From Candidatus Omnitrophota bacterium (GTDB taxonomy: Bacteria > Omnitrophota > Gorgyraeia > Gygaellales > Profunditerraquicolaceae), in assembly GCA_026387335.1 (NCBI GenBank), contig JAPLLX010000003.1, positions 74,230 to 138,229 on the forward strand: a DNA stretch of 64,000 nucleotides. Direction: 5' to 3'. Below are positions 46,841 to 58,372 of this stretch, one piece after another. Made by a program: the position numbers and the translations under genes. The notes beneath the pieces are model-generated. The model saw only the letters and a program-made list of their open reading frames with translations. It made no database searches and had not been told where the DNA came from. Numbering within the stretch: the stretch's first letter is position 1; every line of letters begins with the position of its first letter.

Positions 46841-48417
46841 TGGTGTGCTTTATAATCTATCCCGGGGAAAATATTATCTTTGTATTCTATGTCTGCCAGC
46901 CAATCCTGGTCTATAGAATTGGATTTGATCTCTTCATAAAGCCGGTTAAACCTTAAAATGTGGTCTTTAGTCCGCCGCAGCGCGTATTCCGTATGGGTGC
47001 CGGTCCCCAGTATAAACGCCCAATCCGAGCTCTGGGCTAATAATAATTCGCGTAACGCCTGATTCAGCGCCCTTTTAGTCAAACCGTTTACTTGCGGATA
47101 ATTCTTCGCTAATTCCGTCATCTTTTCCGCGGCGACATGCAAATGCCGGTAGATCCAGTCATTTGTCCCCTGCAGCCACATCTCGCTATAACCCTTCCAT
47201 CCCCAGCTGGACATGGACGGAGTAATCACCTGATTGCGCGGATTTTCACTTAAGTATTCTGACGGCGTGGTCAGGCGGATCTCATCCTGGTCAAAAACTA
47301 TTTTTCGGATTAAAAACTCGATCCACATCGGTCCTTCATACCACCAGTGGCCGAATAATTCCGCGTCATACGGCGAAATAATAAGAGGTTTCTTCTGCAT
47401 AAAATCATACAGGTACTCCACCTGTTTCTGCCGGTTAAACATAAAGTTTCCGGCTTGCTGGGCCGCTTTATCGTGGGCCCGCTGCGGGTGATAAGCTTCT
47501 TTATGGTTACCTGAACCTGTAATGCGGAAATATTTTATCCCGGTATTGATCCTCACCCCATCCGGATGGATATAGGGCTTAATGTATTCATATTCCAGGT
47601 CAAAACCTATGTCCCGGTAAAACTCGCGGTAATTATAATCGCCGGGATAGCCTTCTATTGATGACCAGACCTGTTTTGAGGATTCCAGGTCCCTGGCAAA
47701 ACAGGCGACGCCCGTCCCCTTACAATACACCGGAGCGAATACCCCGTATTTTGGCCGGGGCGTTCCATGTAAAACTCCGTGAGCATCCGAGAAGAAGAAA
47801 CGTAAGCCCGCTTCTTTTAATATTTCATCCTGGCCCGGATAATATCCGCACTCCGGAAGCCAGATGCCGCGGGGTTTTCTTCCAAAGACACTCTCGTAAT
47901 GGCTGACCGCGACCTTGACCTGGGCCCGGACTGATTCCTTATGGATATCCATCAGCGGGAAATACCCGTGGGTCGCCCCGCAGGTGATGATCTCTAAATT
48001 TCCCAGATCCTGAAAATTCTTAAAAGCGCTGACTAAATTCCGGTTGTACCTTAAAAATGTATCCCGGGCCTTGGAAAACTCGGATAGATACATTAAGGCC
48101 AGGTTATGAAATTCAGGCTGCCAGCGGGTCCGCTCTATTTCTTTACGGGCCAATTCAATAAGTTTATTTATATGGTTGAGGTATCTCTCCTGAAGCAAAG
48201 CGTCGCTTAACATTGAGATCAATGTCGGGCTTAAGGTCAGGGTAATGCGGAAATTCACCTTATCCTGGACCAGCCTTTCAAAGACCATGATCAGCGGCAC
48301 ATAGGTCTCGGTAATGGCTTCATAGAGCCAGTCTTCTTCCAGGAAGTTTTCATGTTCAGGGTGGCGCACATACGGAAGATGGCCGTGTAAAACTAACGCA
48401 AGGTATCCTTTAGGCAT
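46837..48417 (-). CDS. GH57 1,4-alpha-glucan branching enzyme (DUF1957)
   Basis: H.HLPYV, WLPEC, DAELFGHWWYEG, QSSDWAF. Confidence 0.93.
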   Translation of the reverse strand: MPKGYLALVLHGHLPYVRHPEHENFLEEDWLYEAITETYVPLIMVFERLVQDKVNFRITLTLSPTLISMLSDALLQERYLNHINKLIELARKEIERTRWQPEFHNLALMYLSEFSKARDTFLRYNRNLVSAFKNFQDLGNLEIITCGATHGYFPLMDIHKESVRAQVKVAVSHYESVFGRKPRGIWLPECGYYPGQDEILKEAGLRFFFSDAHGVLHGTPRPKYGVFAPVYCKGTGVACFARDLESSKQVWSSIEGYPGDYNYREFYRDIGFDLEYEYIKPYIHPDGVRINTGIKYFRITGSGNHKEAYHPQRAHDKAAQQAGNFMFNRQKQVEYLYDFMQKKPLIISPYDAELFGHWWYEGPMWIEFLIRKIVFDQDEIRLTTPSEYLSENPRNQVITPSMSSWGWKGYSEMWLQGTNDWIYRHLHVAAEKMTELAKNYPQVNGLTKRALNQALRELLLAQSSDWAFILGTGTHTEYALRRTKDHILRFNRLYEEIKSNSIDQDWLADIEYKDNIFPGIDYKAHQ

Positions 48418-49349
48418 TATTTGGTTTCCCTCGTGACAATCGGTGTTATAACCCGGTTTTCCAGCTTATCCGCGGATACCGCTTTAACCGGAATAACCTG
48501 TTTTCCGTCGGGAAGAGCATAACGTAAAGTAAATGTCCCGTCCGGACGTAAATTTATGGGTTTAGCCTGAACAGTGACTTGCGCGTCCGGTTCAGTCGCT
48601 CCGTAAACGATCAATTCGCAATCAACCTTAAGCCAAAAACCTTTTTGCTGCGGCTTTTTTACCGGACTGGCCATAGAAGCCATTCCGGGAGAGCTGATAA
48701 TCCTCTGTCTCCAGGCCTTGCCCACGGGAGAACTTTTCCCCTGGCCAAAACCCATTCCGTAAAGCCGGGCGAACATATCGTCAGGGATCATCCATTCTTC
48801 ATCAGTGATCCAGGACGGCCCGTCTAAAGGCGTCTGCACTACATTAGAGCGCAATATGGTGATAAACCTTCCGTCGGATAAGATCAAACCTAAATCCACG
48901 CACCAGGATCTTCCGGGGTTGGCCGCGTCAATATACCAGTTATTGGCAAACTCATGGATCTGGATATCAAAGAAACGATTGGCGTTAGAGCCGTTGAAAA
49001 TAATGTTGGTTACATCATAAACCCGCAGGATCCGCCTGGCTTTATAGAATTCTTCTTTAAGTTCGGATTTTAATCTCTCGACGGTAGAATTATTGACCTC
49101 CCAATAAGTATACAGCCACCAGGGGTCGCGCACCATGAGGACCATTTTATCTACCCCGTATTGAGAAGGCAGTTCCTGAGGAAAAGTCCTGGCCATGCGC
49201 CGGGGGGCCTCGGGATGCGAAAACTTCGCTGTGCCGACGGCTATCTCCTGAGCATACAACGTTTCTTTCTTAAGTTCAATTTTAGGGCTGGCCTTAGCTC
49301 TGGATACCTTTACCCGTTTACTCTTTCTGGTTTTTCTGACTTTCGCCAT
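48417..49349 (-). CDS. DUF4912 domain protein
   Basis: LP..YG....LMVRDP.WLY.YWE, RSN.V.TP, ELIVYGATEP; usual partner of GH57 branching enzymes. Confidence 0.88.
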   Translation of the reverse strand: MAKVRKTRKSKRVKVSRAKASPKIELKKETLYAQEIAVGTAKFSHPEAPRRMARTFPQELPSQYGVDKMVLMVRDPWWLYTYWEVNNSTVERLKSELKEEFYKARRILRVYDVTNIIFNGSNANRFFDIQIHEFANNWYIDAANPGRSWCVDLGLILSDGRFITILRSNVVQTPLDGPSWITDEEWMIPDDMFARLYGMGFGQGKSSPVGKAWRQRIISSPGMASMASPVKKPQQKGFWLKVDCELIVYGATEPDAQVTVQAKPINLRPDGTFTLRYALPDGKQVIPVKAVSADKLENRVITPIVTRETK

Positions 49350-49374
49350 GGCTACCTCCTTAGTCCCTGTTAAT

Positions 49375-49402
49375 AAAAAAGGGGAGATTATCCCCTTTTT
49401 TT
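49375..49402. terminator. Intrinsic terminator-like hairpin (bidirectional shape)
   Basis: A6-GGGGA-GATTA-TCCCC-T7. Confidence 0.7.
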
Positions 49403-49436
49403 AAGAACTGTCTGACTGTTCTTTTACCCCCTTATT

Positions 49437-49811
49437 TCATTTCTTAGCCTTTTTATTAGTCGTCAATGCCTTCTTTAATTCTTCCTCTAAGGCTTCATTA
49501 ACTTTAGTCACTTTCTGTAAATCTTCTTTGAGGCTTTTATCTATCAGTTGTTCCTGAATTAACGCTTTTTTAGTGACCTGATGCGCGGCGACTTCATCAT
49601 CCAACTCTTTCTGTATACCTTTGAGCTTCTCTGAAGAGATCGCGTTATCCTGAGCAGCCTTGCTCATCTTCTCTTCAATTTCCATCCTCTGCAGCATCTC
49701 CTTCTTACGCAGAGAATCCTGCTTATAAACATTAGCGCAGGAAGCTATATTAAAAATAAAAAGAACCAGGGTCACCGCGGCTAAAATTATTAAGACTCTA
49801 TTCTTATCCAT
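49437..49811 (-). CDS. Membrane-anchored coiled-coil hypothetical protein
   Basis: N-terminal hydrophobic helix followed by K/E/Q-rich heptads. Confidence 0.8.
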   Translation of the reverse strand: MDKNRVLIILAAVTLVLFIFNIASCANVYKQDSLRKKEMLQRMEIEEKMSKAAQDNAISSEKLKGIQKELDDEVAAHQVTKKALIQEQLIDKSLKEDLQKVTKVNEALEEELKKALTTNKKAKK

Positions 49812-49846
49812 ACCTTGACCTCTCTTCCCCCGCTAAAGCCGCTTAA

Positions 49847-50500
49847 CTATTTAAGATTTTCTTTTGGCTCCATAAGCCCGGATTCTTCTACTTGGGCCTT
49901 GCCTTCTTTAACTTTGGTCACTTTAGGCTGAATAACGATTTCAACCCTGCGGTTTAGCTTACGGCCTGCGCTTGTCGCGTTGGTATCAACCGGCCGATAC
50001 TCGCCGAAGCCAATAGCGGAAAGGCGCTCCGGGGATACTCCTTTATCATTGACTAAAAAGTGCAGCACGCTTAAAGAGCGGGCAGTAGATAGCTCCCAAT
50101 TGGATTTCCATCCTGAATGCTTGATCGGAACATTATCAGTATAGCCCTCTATGCCGATATTGAAATTGGCCATATTGTCTTTTAAAACAGTAGCCACCTT
50201 ATCCAGGAGCGGATAAGCCTCCTGTCTGATTTTAGCCTTACCGGAATCAAAAAGCAGGTCTCCGACTACGGTGATAACCAGGCCTTTCTCCATCATCTGC
50301 AACTTGACCTGTTTATCGTTAATCTCCTGGCCTAACCTGTCTTCCAGAAGTTTTTTAGCCTGCGCTAGATCATCTAACTGTTGAGAAAGTTCCTCAATCT
50401 TTTGTTTATCCGAACGCCTGCCGCTCTGAAAGATAAAAGTACAACCTGCCAACGCCAAACCCAGAAGAACGATTAAACCGATTTGCCATATTTTTTTCAT
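49847..50500 (-). CDS. OmpA/MotB C-terminal domain lipoprotein
   Basis: Lipobox LAGC, coiled coil, LFDSG, EG.TD, NWELS.AR, NRRVEI. Confidence 0.9.
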   Translation of the reverse strand: MKKIWQIGLIVLLGLALAGCTFIFQSGRRSDKQKIEELSQQLDDLAQAKKLLEDRLGQEINDKQVKLQMMEKGLVITVVGDLLFDSGKAKIRQEAYPLLDKVATVLKDNMANFNIGIEGYTDNVPIKHSGWKSNWELSTARSLSVLHFLVNDKGVSPERLSAIGFGEYRPVDTNATSAGRKLNRRVEIVIQPKVTKVKEGKAQVEESGLMEPKENLK

Positions 50501-50528
50501 ATCTCACCTCTCCTTTTATTAGAAAGTT

Positions 50529-51833
<1,305 letters not shown>

Positions 51834-51837
51834 TTAA

Positions 51838-53073
51838 TTACGGAGTCATGGTAAATATTTTTCGGGCAATATCCGGGTATTTAGCCACAAATTTCAGCTC
51901 TTCATCCACCAAAGGCTTTTGATTATGCACATTGGCATAGCGGACTAATTCCAAAACCTTGACTGCTTCGGCATCGTCTTTAAAAACAAGTTCCAATTTA
52001 TCCGAGACGTTCCTAAAGCCCTTGATCCCGGAATATTCTCCGGCGGTGATCTTGCGCCCGGTATCAATTATCTCGGGCTCACCCCGGCCTAATTCCTCGT
52101 AATCATAAAGTTCATAATTGCGCCTGTCTTTAAGCGCGCCATCGGCATGTATTCCGGATTCATGGGCAAAGGCGTTAGAGCCTACGCCCGGCTGGTTTAT
52201 CGGGATAGGAACCCCGAAGGCGTAAGAGGCGTATTTACAAATCTTCCAGGCCACCTTAAGGTCCACCTTTTCATCAAGAGAATAATCTTTCATGTCGTTG
52301 CCGTATTTTATGGCCAAAATCACGGAAACCAAATCCGCGTTCCCCGCGCGCTCGCCCATCCCATTCACACAGGTATTGATATAGGCGTCGCTTCCGGAGT
52401 CATTTGCCGCTTTTGCCCCGGCTATTGAATTCGCCACGACTAACCCTAAGTCATTATGACAGTGGACCTCAATGGGAATATTCACCGCTTTAGCCAATAG
52501 CTTTATTCTTTCATAGATTGAAAATGTGGTATCGCAGCCTAACGTATCACAATAACGAATTCTGCTGGCTCCGGCAACTTTCGCCGCTTGCGCAAATTCA
52601 ATCAGGTAATCTATATTTGTCCGGGAGGCGTCTTCGGCGTTTGTCCCCACGGACTCAGCTCCTAAACGCAACGCTTCCTTGACTGCTTCCACCATCTCTT
52701 TGATTACCGATTGATGGTCCAGTTTGCCTTTAAATTTATGAATAATCATCTGGTCCGAAGTGGATATGGAAAGATTCACGTGTTTTAACTGCGGAACAAG
52801 TTTAAAAGCGGCCTTAACATCATCCCGCGTAGCCCGTAGCCAGCCGCCCAGCCTTATCGGAGAAAGCGCGCCTAACTTTACCAGTTCAAGGTTAGCGTTT
52901 AAGTAATTTGTTTCATGGCGGGTAAGCGGAAAACCGAACTCCGACTGGAATACACCCATCTCATTAAGATACATATTAATCATGGTCTTCTGCAGCTTAG
53001 AAAGGCAGATACGCGATGTCTGCACGCCGTCCCGGTTAGTTACGTCAATCAGATAAATTTTAGGTTTAGCCAT
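51838..53073 (-). CDS. DRE-TIM acyltransferase, probable Re-citrate synthase (homocitrate synthase-like)
   Basis: DVTNRDGVQ, HCHNDLG, GERAGN, HESGIH; recalled similarity to the Dehalococcoides Re-citrate synthase; start reset to ATG 53073 after AAGGAG. Confidence 0.75.
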   Translation of the reverse strand: MAKPKIYLIDVTNRDGVQTSRICLSKLQKTMINMYLNEMGVFQSEFGFPLTRHETNYLNANLELVKLGALSPIRLGGWLRATRDDVKAAFKLVPQLKHVNLSISTSDQMIIHKFKGKLDHQSVIKEMVEAVKEALRLGAESVGTNAEDASRTNIDYLIEFAQAAKVAGASRIRYCDTLGCDTTFSIYERIKLLAKAVNIPIEVHCHNDLGLVVANSIAGAKAANDSGSDAYINTCVNGMGERAGNADLVSVILAIKYGNDMKDYSLDEKVDLKVAWKICKYASYAFGVPIPINQPGVGSNAFAHESGIHADGALKDRRNYELYDYEELGRGEPEIIDTGRKITAGEYSGIKGFRNVSDKLELVFKDDAEAVKVLELVRYANVHNQKPLVDEELKFVAKYPDIARKIFTMTP

Positions 53074-53084
53074 AATCAACTCCT

Positions 53085-53193
53085 TAAACAAGCGCTGCCT
53101 TGATTTCGATATGCCTCTGGCGTTTATATCGAAATCACACTTGCCTCTGGCAAGTGCAAGGATACGCTTGTTTACTCCGCGCTATGCGCGGAG
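53085..53193. other. Branched multi-hairpin structure plus a separate GC-rich hairpin
   Basis: TAAACAAGCG/CGCTTGTTTA closing stem; TGATTTCGATAT/ATATCGAAATCA and CACTTGCC/GGCAAGTG arms, each capped by GCC-TCT-GGC; CTCCGCGC/GCGCGGAG at 53175-53193. Confidence 0.75.
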
Positions 53194-53200
53194 CTTATTG

Positions 53201-54952
53201 TTATTTTTTAATTATCTTCTTCAATTCCTTTTTTGACGGCGCGCCCTTAGAAGAAAAGATACTCTGGTTATCCAAAAGATACGCCGGGCCGAACATAATT
53301 TTAAGGTCCTGGGCCAACTTAGAATTTTCTTTTAATAACGCCTTGCCTTCATCATTCCTCGCGCAAGATTTTATCTTATTCAGGTCCATTTTGACGGCGC
53401 AATCCTCCCACCAGGAACTCTCAATATTGCTCGCCCTACAGGTAATATAGCCCCAGAAATTATCCGGGTAATATTTCTGCACGCACACTGCGCGCAAATC
53501 TTCCTCCACTTCGGCTTTTCCCCGCAAGGCTTCAATTTTATCGTTGTTGACAATGGTCAAGAAATGCAGCACCGGATTAAATTCCTGGATTACTTTTAAA
53601 ACCTCGGCGCTCTCTTTTCCAAACAAGCTTATGAATAAATCTAACTTTCCTTTGATCTCAGCGCGCTTAAGAAAGTAAGCAACTCCGCTGACCTGCGGAT
53701 CTAACATATAATAATCGCCTTTATCCGTCAGGCTGGCCTTCAGGTTCTTAAAATTCTTTTCTTTATCTATTTCTTTGCCCAAAAGATATACGGGTAAACC
53801 CGCTACAGGCGTATTTAAACCCTCCAGGATCTTAGTTGCTTTTGTATCCGCATAATATATATAGGAGGTTTCCAGACCCGGAAATTCTTTCTTAAGAAAA
53901 TTAACTACCGGCTTGGGATTACAGGTCAGACAATCCTTTACGGTGATCACGGTAAGATTTATCTTAGCTGCTTCACTGAATAAGCAGCTTGCCTGCGCCT
54001 CGCCGGCATCCTGGCAGGTTCCAATCAAGCCTTCTTTTTTACAATCGCCATCCGCGAAACAACGCGGAAGTATTTTAAGGAGACCGGGGTCATCAACCAG
54101 TTTATCCGAAACCCGTATTTCTTCCGCGCTAACATTACCAATTTTGCCTCCCCTGATATTTAAAACAGCTTTACCCAGGCGGCGAGCCTGCCTGGCCGGC
54201 CTTAAAATAACAGTATTGCCGGACCGGATAAACGCTTCCACCCCTGAACGGTTATAGCCGTCGATAACCACGGATATCCCCGGAACCTCTTTGATTATCT
54301 TTAAGTCCTCATCTTCTCCTAAATTACTTAAAAGGATGATCAGGGTTACGCCTTTTTTCTGCAGCTCCCGCACGGATGCTGCCAGAGAAGCCCTGGATTC
54401 CAGGAATTTTAGGTCCCCGGACTTTTGTTTCGCCAGAGGATTAGTCAGGCCGATAATCCCGGTCTTCAAGCCGGCTACTTCCCTGATAATATAGGGGACA
54501 GTTTTAGCAAATTTTAAATTAGAAGAAACAAAATTCAATTTTACTTTAGCTATATTTTCCTCAAAAAAACCTTTTCCAAAATTAAACTCATCCTGGCTAA
54601 CCGCCAGGGCGTCATATTGCATCAATTCCATAGCCCGCAGGTTAAGGCTAGCCCTAAGCATATCCAGTTGCGTATTCTGCGTATATTGATCCGCTAACCC
54701 TCCGCTAAAGAAATTTCCTGAATCTAAAAGCAGCGAGTCAGGATATTGTTTCCTTAACTGCTGGATTAAAGTTGCGCGGCGGGCTACTCCTCCGTCCGGC
54801 TCCACAGGACAGGAACAGGGATAGAGCATAGCGTGAGTCTCGCCGGTATAAATAAGGGTTATCTGCTTATCTTTAGCGTAAGCGCAAACTACCGCCGCTG
54901 AAAATAAACTGTAGGCCATCGCCGCTAAAATCAGCAAAATCACCTTCTTCAT
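53201..54952 (-). CDS. Exported UshA/5'-nucleotidase-like metallophosphoesterase fused to Cys-rich thioredoxin-like domains
   Basis: Signal peptide, PCSC....GGVARR, LDSGNF, then CLTC and several further Cys. Confidence 0.7.
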   Translation of the reverse strand: MKKVILLILAAMAYSLFSAAVVCAYAKDKQITLIYTGETHAMLYPCSCPVEPDGGVARRATLIQQLRKQYPDSLLLDSGNFFSGGLADQYTQNTQLDMLRASLNLRAMELMQYDALAVSQDEFNFGKGFFEENIAKVKLNFVSSNLKFAKTVPYIIREVAGLKTGIIGLTNPLAKQKSGDLKFLESRASLAASVRELQKKGVTLIILLSNLGEDEDLKIIKEVPGISVVIDGYNRSGVEAFIRSGNTVILRPARQARRLGKAVLNIRGGKIGNVSAEEIRVSDKLVDDPGLLKILPRCFADGDCKKEGLIGTCQDAGEAQASCLFSEAAKINLTVITVKDCLTCNPKPVVNFLKKEFPGLETSYIYYADTKATKILEGLNTPVAGLPVYLLGKEIDKEKNFKNLKASLTDKGDYYMLDPQVSGVAYFLKRAEIKGKLDLFISLFGKESAEVLKVIQEFNPVLHFLTIVNNDKIEALRGKAEVEEDLRAVCVQKYYPDNFWGYITCRASNIESSWWEDCAVKMDLNKIKSCARNDEGKALLKENSKLAQDLKIMFGPAYLLDNQSIFSSKGAPSKKELKKIIKK

Positions 54953-56535
54953 ACTTTAATACCTTTTACAGTTAAGATGTTCTCCAACTTCTTGATCTTT
55001 TCGGCCAACTCAACCGATACCGGGCTATCCACATTTAAAACACTGATCGCCTTGCCTCCCGGCTTATCCCGGCCAAAAGTCATAGCGGCAATATTTACGC
55101 TGTTTTTGCCTAAAACTGTGCCCAGGTTTCCGATAAGGCCCGGCTTATCCCAGTTTTCAATATAGATCATTTCTCCGACCGGATAAAGCTCCACATAATA
55201 TTCGTCTATTTTGACGATTCTGGCCTGTTTATTCCCGGAAAGAGTCCCCCAGATCACCCTGGTCTCTTTGTCTGTTTTTAACGCCAGCTTGATAAGATTA
55301 ACAAACTCTTCCTCCTTGGAAGACTTTGCCTCTTTAATTTTTATCCCTCTCTCCTTGGCCAAAGAAACCGCGTTGATGAAATTTACGGTCTCTTTTAATA
55401 TCGGAGAAAGCAAGCCCTTAGAGAGAGACATAGTAAGCGGGCTTAAGTCATAGGTGGCGATCTCTCCGCTATAGCTTATATCCAGCTCCTGGAACCTTCC
55501 TGCAACCAGTTGAGCCGCGAATACTCCCATTTTTTCAGCCAAAATAATATAAGGATTAAGCATCTTGCAAGCTTCCGCCTCTAAGCAGGGATAATTTGCG
55601 GCATTGCGTATTCCTTTGCCTAAAAGCGCATCGCGCACAATTTCAGCCACTTCAATCGCCACATTGACCTGCGCCTCTTCTGTAGAAGCCCCCAGATGCG
55701 GGGTAACAATCACATTATCCAGTTTTAAAAGTTCAGAATCAACGCTAATCGGTTCTTTTTCAAAAACATCCAAAGCCGCGCCGGCGACCTTTCCTTCTTT
55801 GATAGCCTCCGCTAAGGCCGCTTCATCCACAATCCCGCCTCTGGCGCAATTAATAACACGCACTCCTTTTTTCATTATGGCAAATTGCTTAGTTGATATC
55901 ATATGCCTAGTCTCTTCGGTCAAAGGGGTGTGCACCGTAATATAATCCGACTGCTCAAATAACTCTTTTAATTCCACTACCTCAATACCCAAAGATTCGG
56001 CGATCTCCCGGGATAAGAACGGGTCATACGCTTTAACCCGCATACCAAAAGACAAGGCCCTCTTGGCTACTTCTTTGCCTATTCTGCCAAAACCGACTAC
56101 CCCTAGGACCTTACCGTAAAGCTCGACACCCATAAACTTTGCCCGTTTCCATTCGCCTTTCTTGGTCGAGGCGCTGGCCTGGGGGATATTTCTGGAAAGG
56201 GAAAGAATCATACTGACTGCGTGCTCGGCGGTAGAAATGGTATTGCCGGCGGGAGTATTCATAACAATGATGCCTTTTTGCGTAGCGGCATCCAGATCCA
56301 CATTATCCAGGCCAACGCCGGCGCGGCCGATTATTTTTAATTTATCGGCAGCCTCAATGATATCCCTGGTGACCTTGGTGGCGCTCCTTACCAAAAGAGC
56401 CTCATAATTCTTAATTACTCCTTTTAGCTCCTCGGGTTTTAAATCTGTTTTCACGTCAACCTGAAATTCTTTAACTTCTTTGAGGATTTTTAATCCCTCT
56501 TCGGATAACTGGTCGCTGACTAAAATCTTAATCAT
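54949..56535 (-). CDS. serA: D-3-phosphoglycerate dehydrogenase
   Basis: RAGVGLDNVD, GFGRIG, NCARGG, TPHLGAST; ASB and ACT C-terminus. Confidence 0.97.
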   Translation of the reverse strand: MIKILVSDQLSEEGLKILKEVKEFQVDVKTDLKPEELKGVIKNYEALLVRSATKVTRDIIEAADKLKIIGRAGVGLDNVDLDAATQKGIIVMNTPAGNTISTAEHAVSMILSLSRNIPQASASTKKGEWKRAKFMGVELYGKVLGVVGFGRIGKEVAKRALSFGMRVKAYDPFLSREIAESLGIEVVELKELFEQSDYITVHTPLTEETRHMISTKQFAIMKKGVRVINCARGGIVDEAALAEAIKEGKVAGAALDVFEKEPISVDSELLKLDNVIVTPHLGASTEEAQVNVAIEVAEIVRDALLGKGIRNAANYPCLEAEACKMLNPYIILAEKMGVFAAQLVAGRFQELDISYSGEIATYDLSPLTMSLSKGLLSPILKETVNFINAVSLAKERGIKIKEAKSSKEEEFVNLIKLALKTDKETRVIWGTLSGNKQARIVKIDEYYVELYPVGEMIYIENWDKPGLIGNLGTVLGKNSVNIAAMTFGRDKPGGKAISVLNVDSPVSVELAEKIKKLENILTVKGIKV

Positions 56536-56550
56536 TGTTGGCTCCTTAAT

Positions 56551-57687
56551 TTATTTCAAAAATATTTCTTCGGCCGCCTTAACCCCCGTACCCATTTGGA
56601 ATTTATACCCCATCTGGGTGAGGACTTTTTCCAAACAGGAAATACCTGTGATTATATCAAACTCCTCAATAAAACCCATATGCGCGAACCTGAAGATCTT
56701 GCCTTTTAATTCCTCCTGGCCGCCAGCGATAGTGACGCCGTAAGTATCGCGCATGGTTTTAACCAGCTTTTCTCCGTCAAGGCCGGCAGGAACCTTAACT
56801 GCGGTAACCACATCCGACCCATCAAGCGGAGCAAATAATTCCAAGCCCAAAGCCTTAACCGCTGCCCGGGTCGCTTCCGCTAATTTTCTATGCCTGGCAA
56901 AAACTACCTCCAGGCCGTCCTGCTTAATCATCTTAAGCGCTTCATTCAGGGCAACGACTAAAGTAATGGCCGGAGTAAACGGGGTATCGATCTTATCAAA
57001 GGCTTTTTTAACTTTCTTTAAATCAAAATAGTAACGCGGGCTTTTAGAATTCTCAATTAACTTGGCTGCCTTAGGACTTAAAGAGAGAAAACCTAAACCC
57101 GGAGGAAGCATAAGCCCTTTCTGCGAACCGCTGACCACAATATCGCAGGACCAGTCATCTGTCTTTAAATCAATCGCGCCCAGCCCGCTGATAGCGTCAA
57201 CCACTAATACCGCTGGTGTATCTTTTATCAGACGGCCGCAGGAAGCAATATCACTGACTACGCCGGTAGAAGTTTCGCAAAGGGTGGTAAATACCGCTTT
57301 TATTTTAGGGTTGGCCTTTAATCTTTTTTCTAATTCCGCCGGCTTAACCGCTTGACCCCATTCCACATCCAGGACTTCAGTACTTATCCCGTAGCTTTTA
57401 CAAATTTCCGTCCATCTCTCGCCGAATTTACCGGCCTGGACGACCAAAGCCGTATCTTGAGGAGATAAAATATTGACTACTGCCGCCTCCATCGCGCCGG
57501 TCCCTGAAGAAGTCAAAATAAAAACATCGTTCTTAGTCTGAAATACATATTTCAGTCCTTCGCTAGCCTCTTTTAACATTGCCTGGAACTGCGGGGTACG
57601 GTGGTGGATAATGGGACGGGCCATCGCCGCGCGAACCTCAGGCGGAAGAGGTGTCGGCCCCGGGGTCAATAAATAATTCTTACGCAT
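56551..57687 (-). CDS. Class V PLP aminotransferase (alanine-glyoxylate type; likely phosphoserine aminotransferase role)
   Basis: TPGPT, SGTGAME, ETSTG, DAIS, GSQKG; adjacent to serA. Confidence 0.9.
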   Translation of the reverse strand: MRKNYLLTPGPTPLPPEVRAAMARPIIHHRTPQFQAMLKEASEGLKYVFQTKNDVFILTSSGTGAMEAAVVNILSPQDTALVVQAGKFGERWTEICKSYGISTEVLDVEWGQAVKPAELEKRLKANPKIKAVFTTLCETSTGVVSDIASCGRLIKDTPAVLVVDAISGLGAIDLKTDDWSCDIVVSGSQKGLMLPPGLGFLSLSPKAAKLIENSKSPRYYFDLKKVKKAFDKIDTPFTPAITLVVALNEALKMIKQDGLEVVFARHRKLAEATRAAVKALGLELFAPLDGSDVVTAVKVPAGLDGEKLVKTMRDTYGVTIAGGQEELKGKIFRFAHMGFIEEFDIITGISCLEKVLTQMGYKFQMGTGVKAAEEIFLK

Positions 57688-57734
57688 CTTTCTTGTCCTC
57701 CTTGAATAATTAAACTATTTTAGTTTTGTTAATC

Positions 57735-58346
57735 CTATTTTTTCTTTGCCTGCGGTAAAATTACTTCATCCACCAAGCCATAGGTCTTAGCCTCTTCGGC
57801 TGACATAAAATAATCCCTGTCCGTATCCTTTTTTACCTTTTCAATCGATTGACCGGTATGCTGCGCGATTATTTCGTTGATCCTGTCGCGCATTTTTAAG
57901 ATTTCCTGCGCATGGCGAGATATGTCTTCAGCCTGGCCCTGCACACCGCCCCAGGGTTGATGGATCATGATCCGGGAATTCGGCAATGCCTGGCGTTTCC
58001 CTTTTGTTCCCGCGCACAAAAGCAACGCGCCCATACTGGAGGCCTGGCCCACGCAATAAGTAGCTATATCGCATTTTACAAACTGCATAGTATCATAAAT
58101 CGCCAAACCCGAGGTAACCGAGCCGCCGGGAGAATTAATATAAACGTTTATATCTTTTCCGACATCTTCCATCTGCAGGAATAATATCTGGGCGATGATC
58201 AGGTTAGCCACATAGTCATCTATGGGTGTGCCGATAAAAACTATGCGGTCTTTAAGTAAGCGGGAATAAATATCATAAGCCCGCTCATACCCTTTAGCAG
58301 TCTGTTCAATTACCATAGGCACTAATGTCTGATTTTTAATGCTCAT
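57735..58346 (-). CDS. clpP: ATP-dependent Clp protease proteolytic subunit
   Basis: DIYSRLL, INSPGG, ASSMG, MIHQP, DRD; start reset to ATG 58346 after GGAGG. Confidence 0.97.
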   Translation of the reverse strand: MSIKNQTLVPMVIEQTAKGYERAYDIYSRLLKDRIVFIGTPIDDYVANLIIAQILFLQMEDVGKDINVYINSPGGSVTSGLAIYDTMQFVKCDIATYCVGQASSMGALLLCAGTKGKRQALPNSRIMIHQPWGGVQGQAEDISRHAQEILKMRDRINEIIAQHTGQSIEKVKKDTDRDYFMSAEEAKTYGLVDEVILPQAKKK

Positions 58347-58372
58347 CCCCACCTCCGTGTTATGATCCTGTG

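Noticed and set aside
54790-54830. Selenocysteine recoding in the UshA-like protein
   Set aside because: Both positions of the CxC motif are ordinary Cys codons and there is no in-frame TGA
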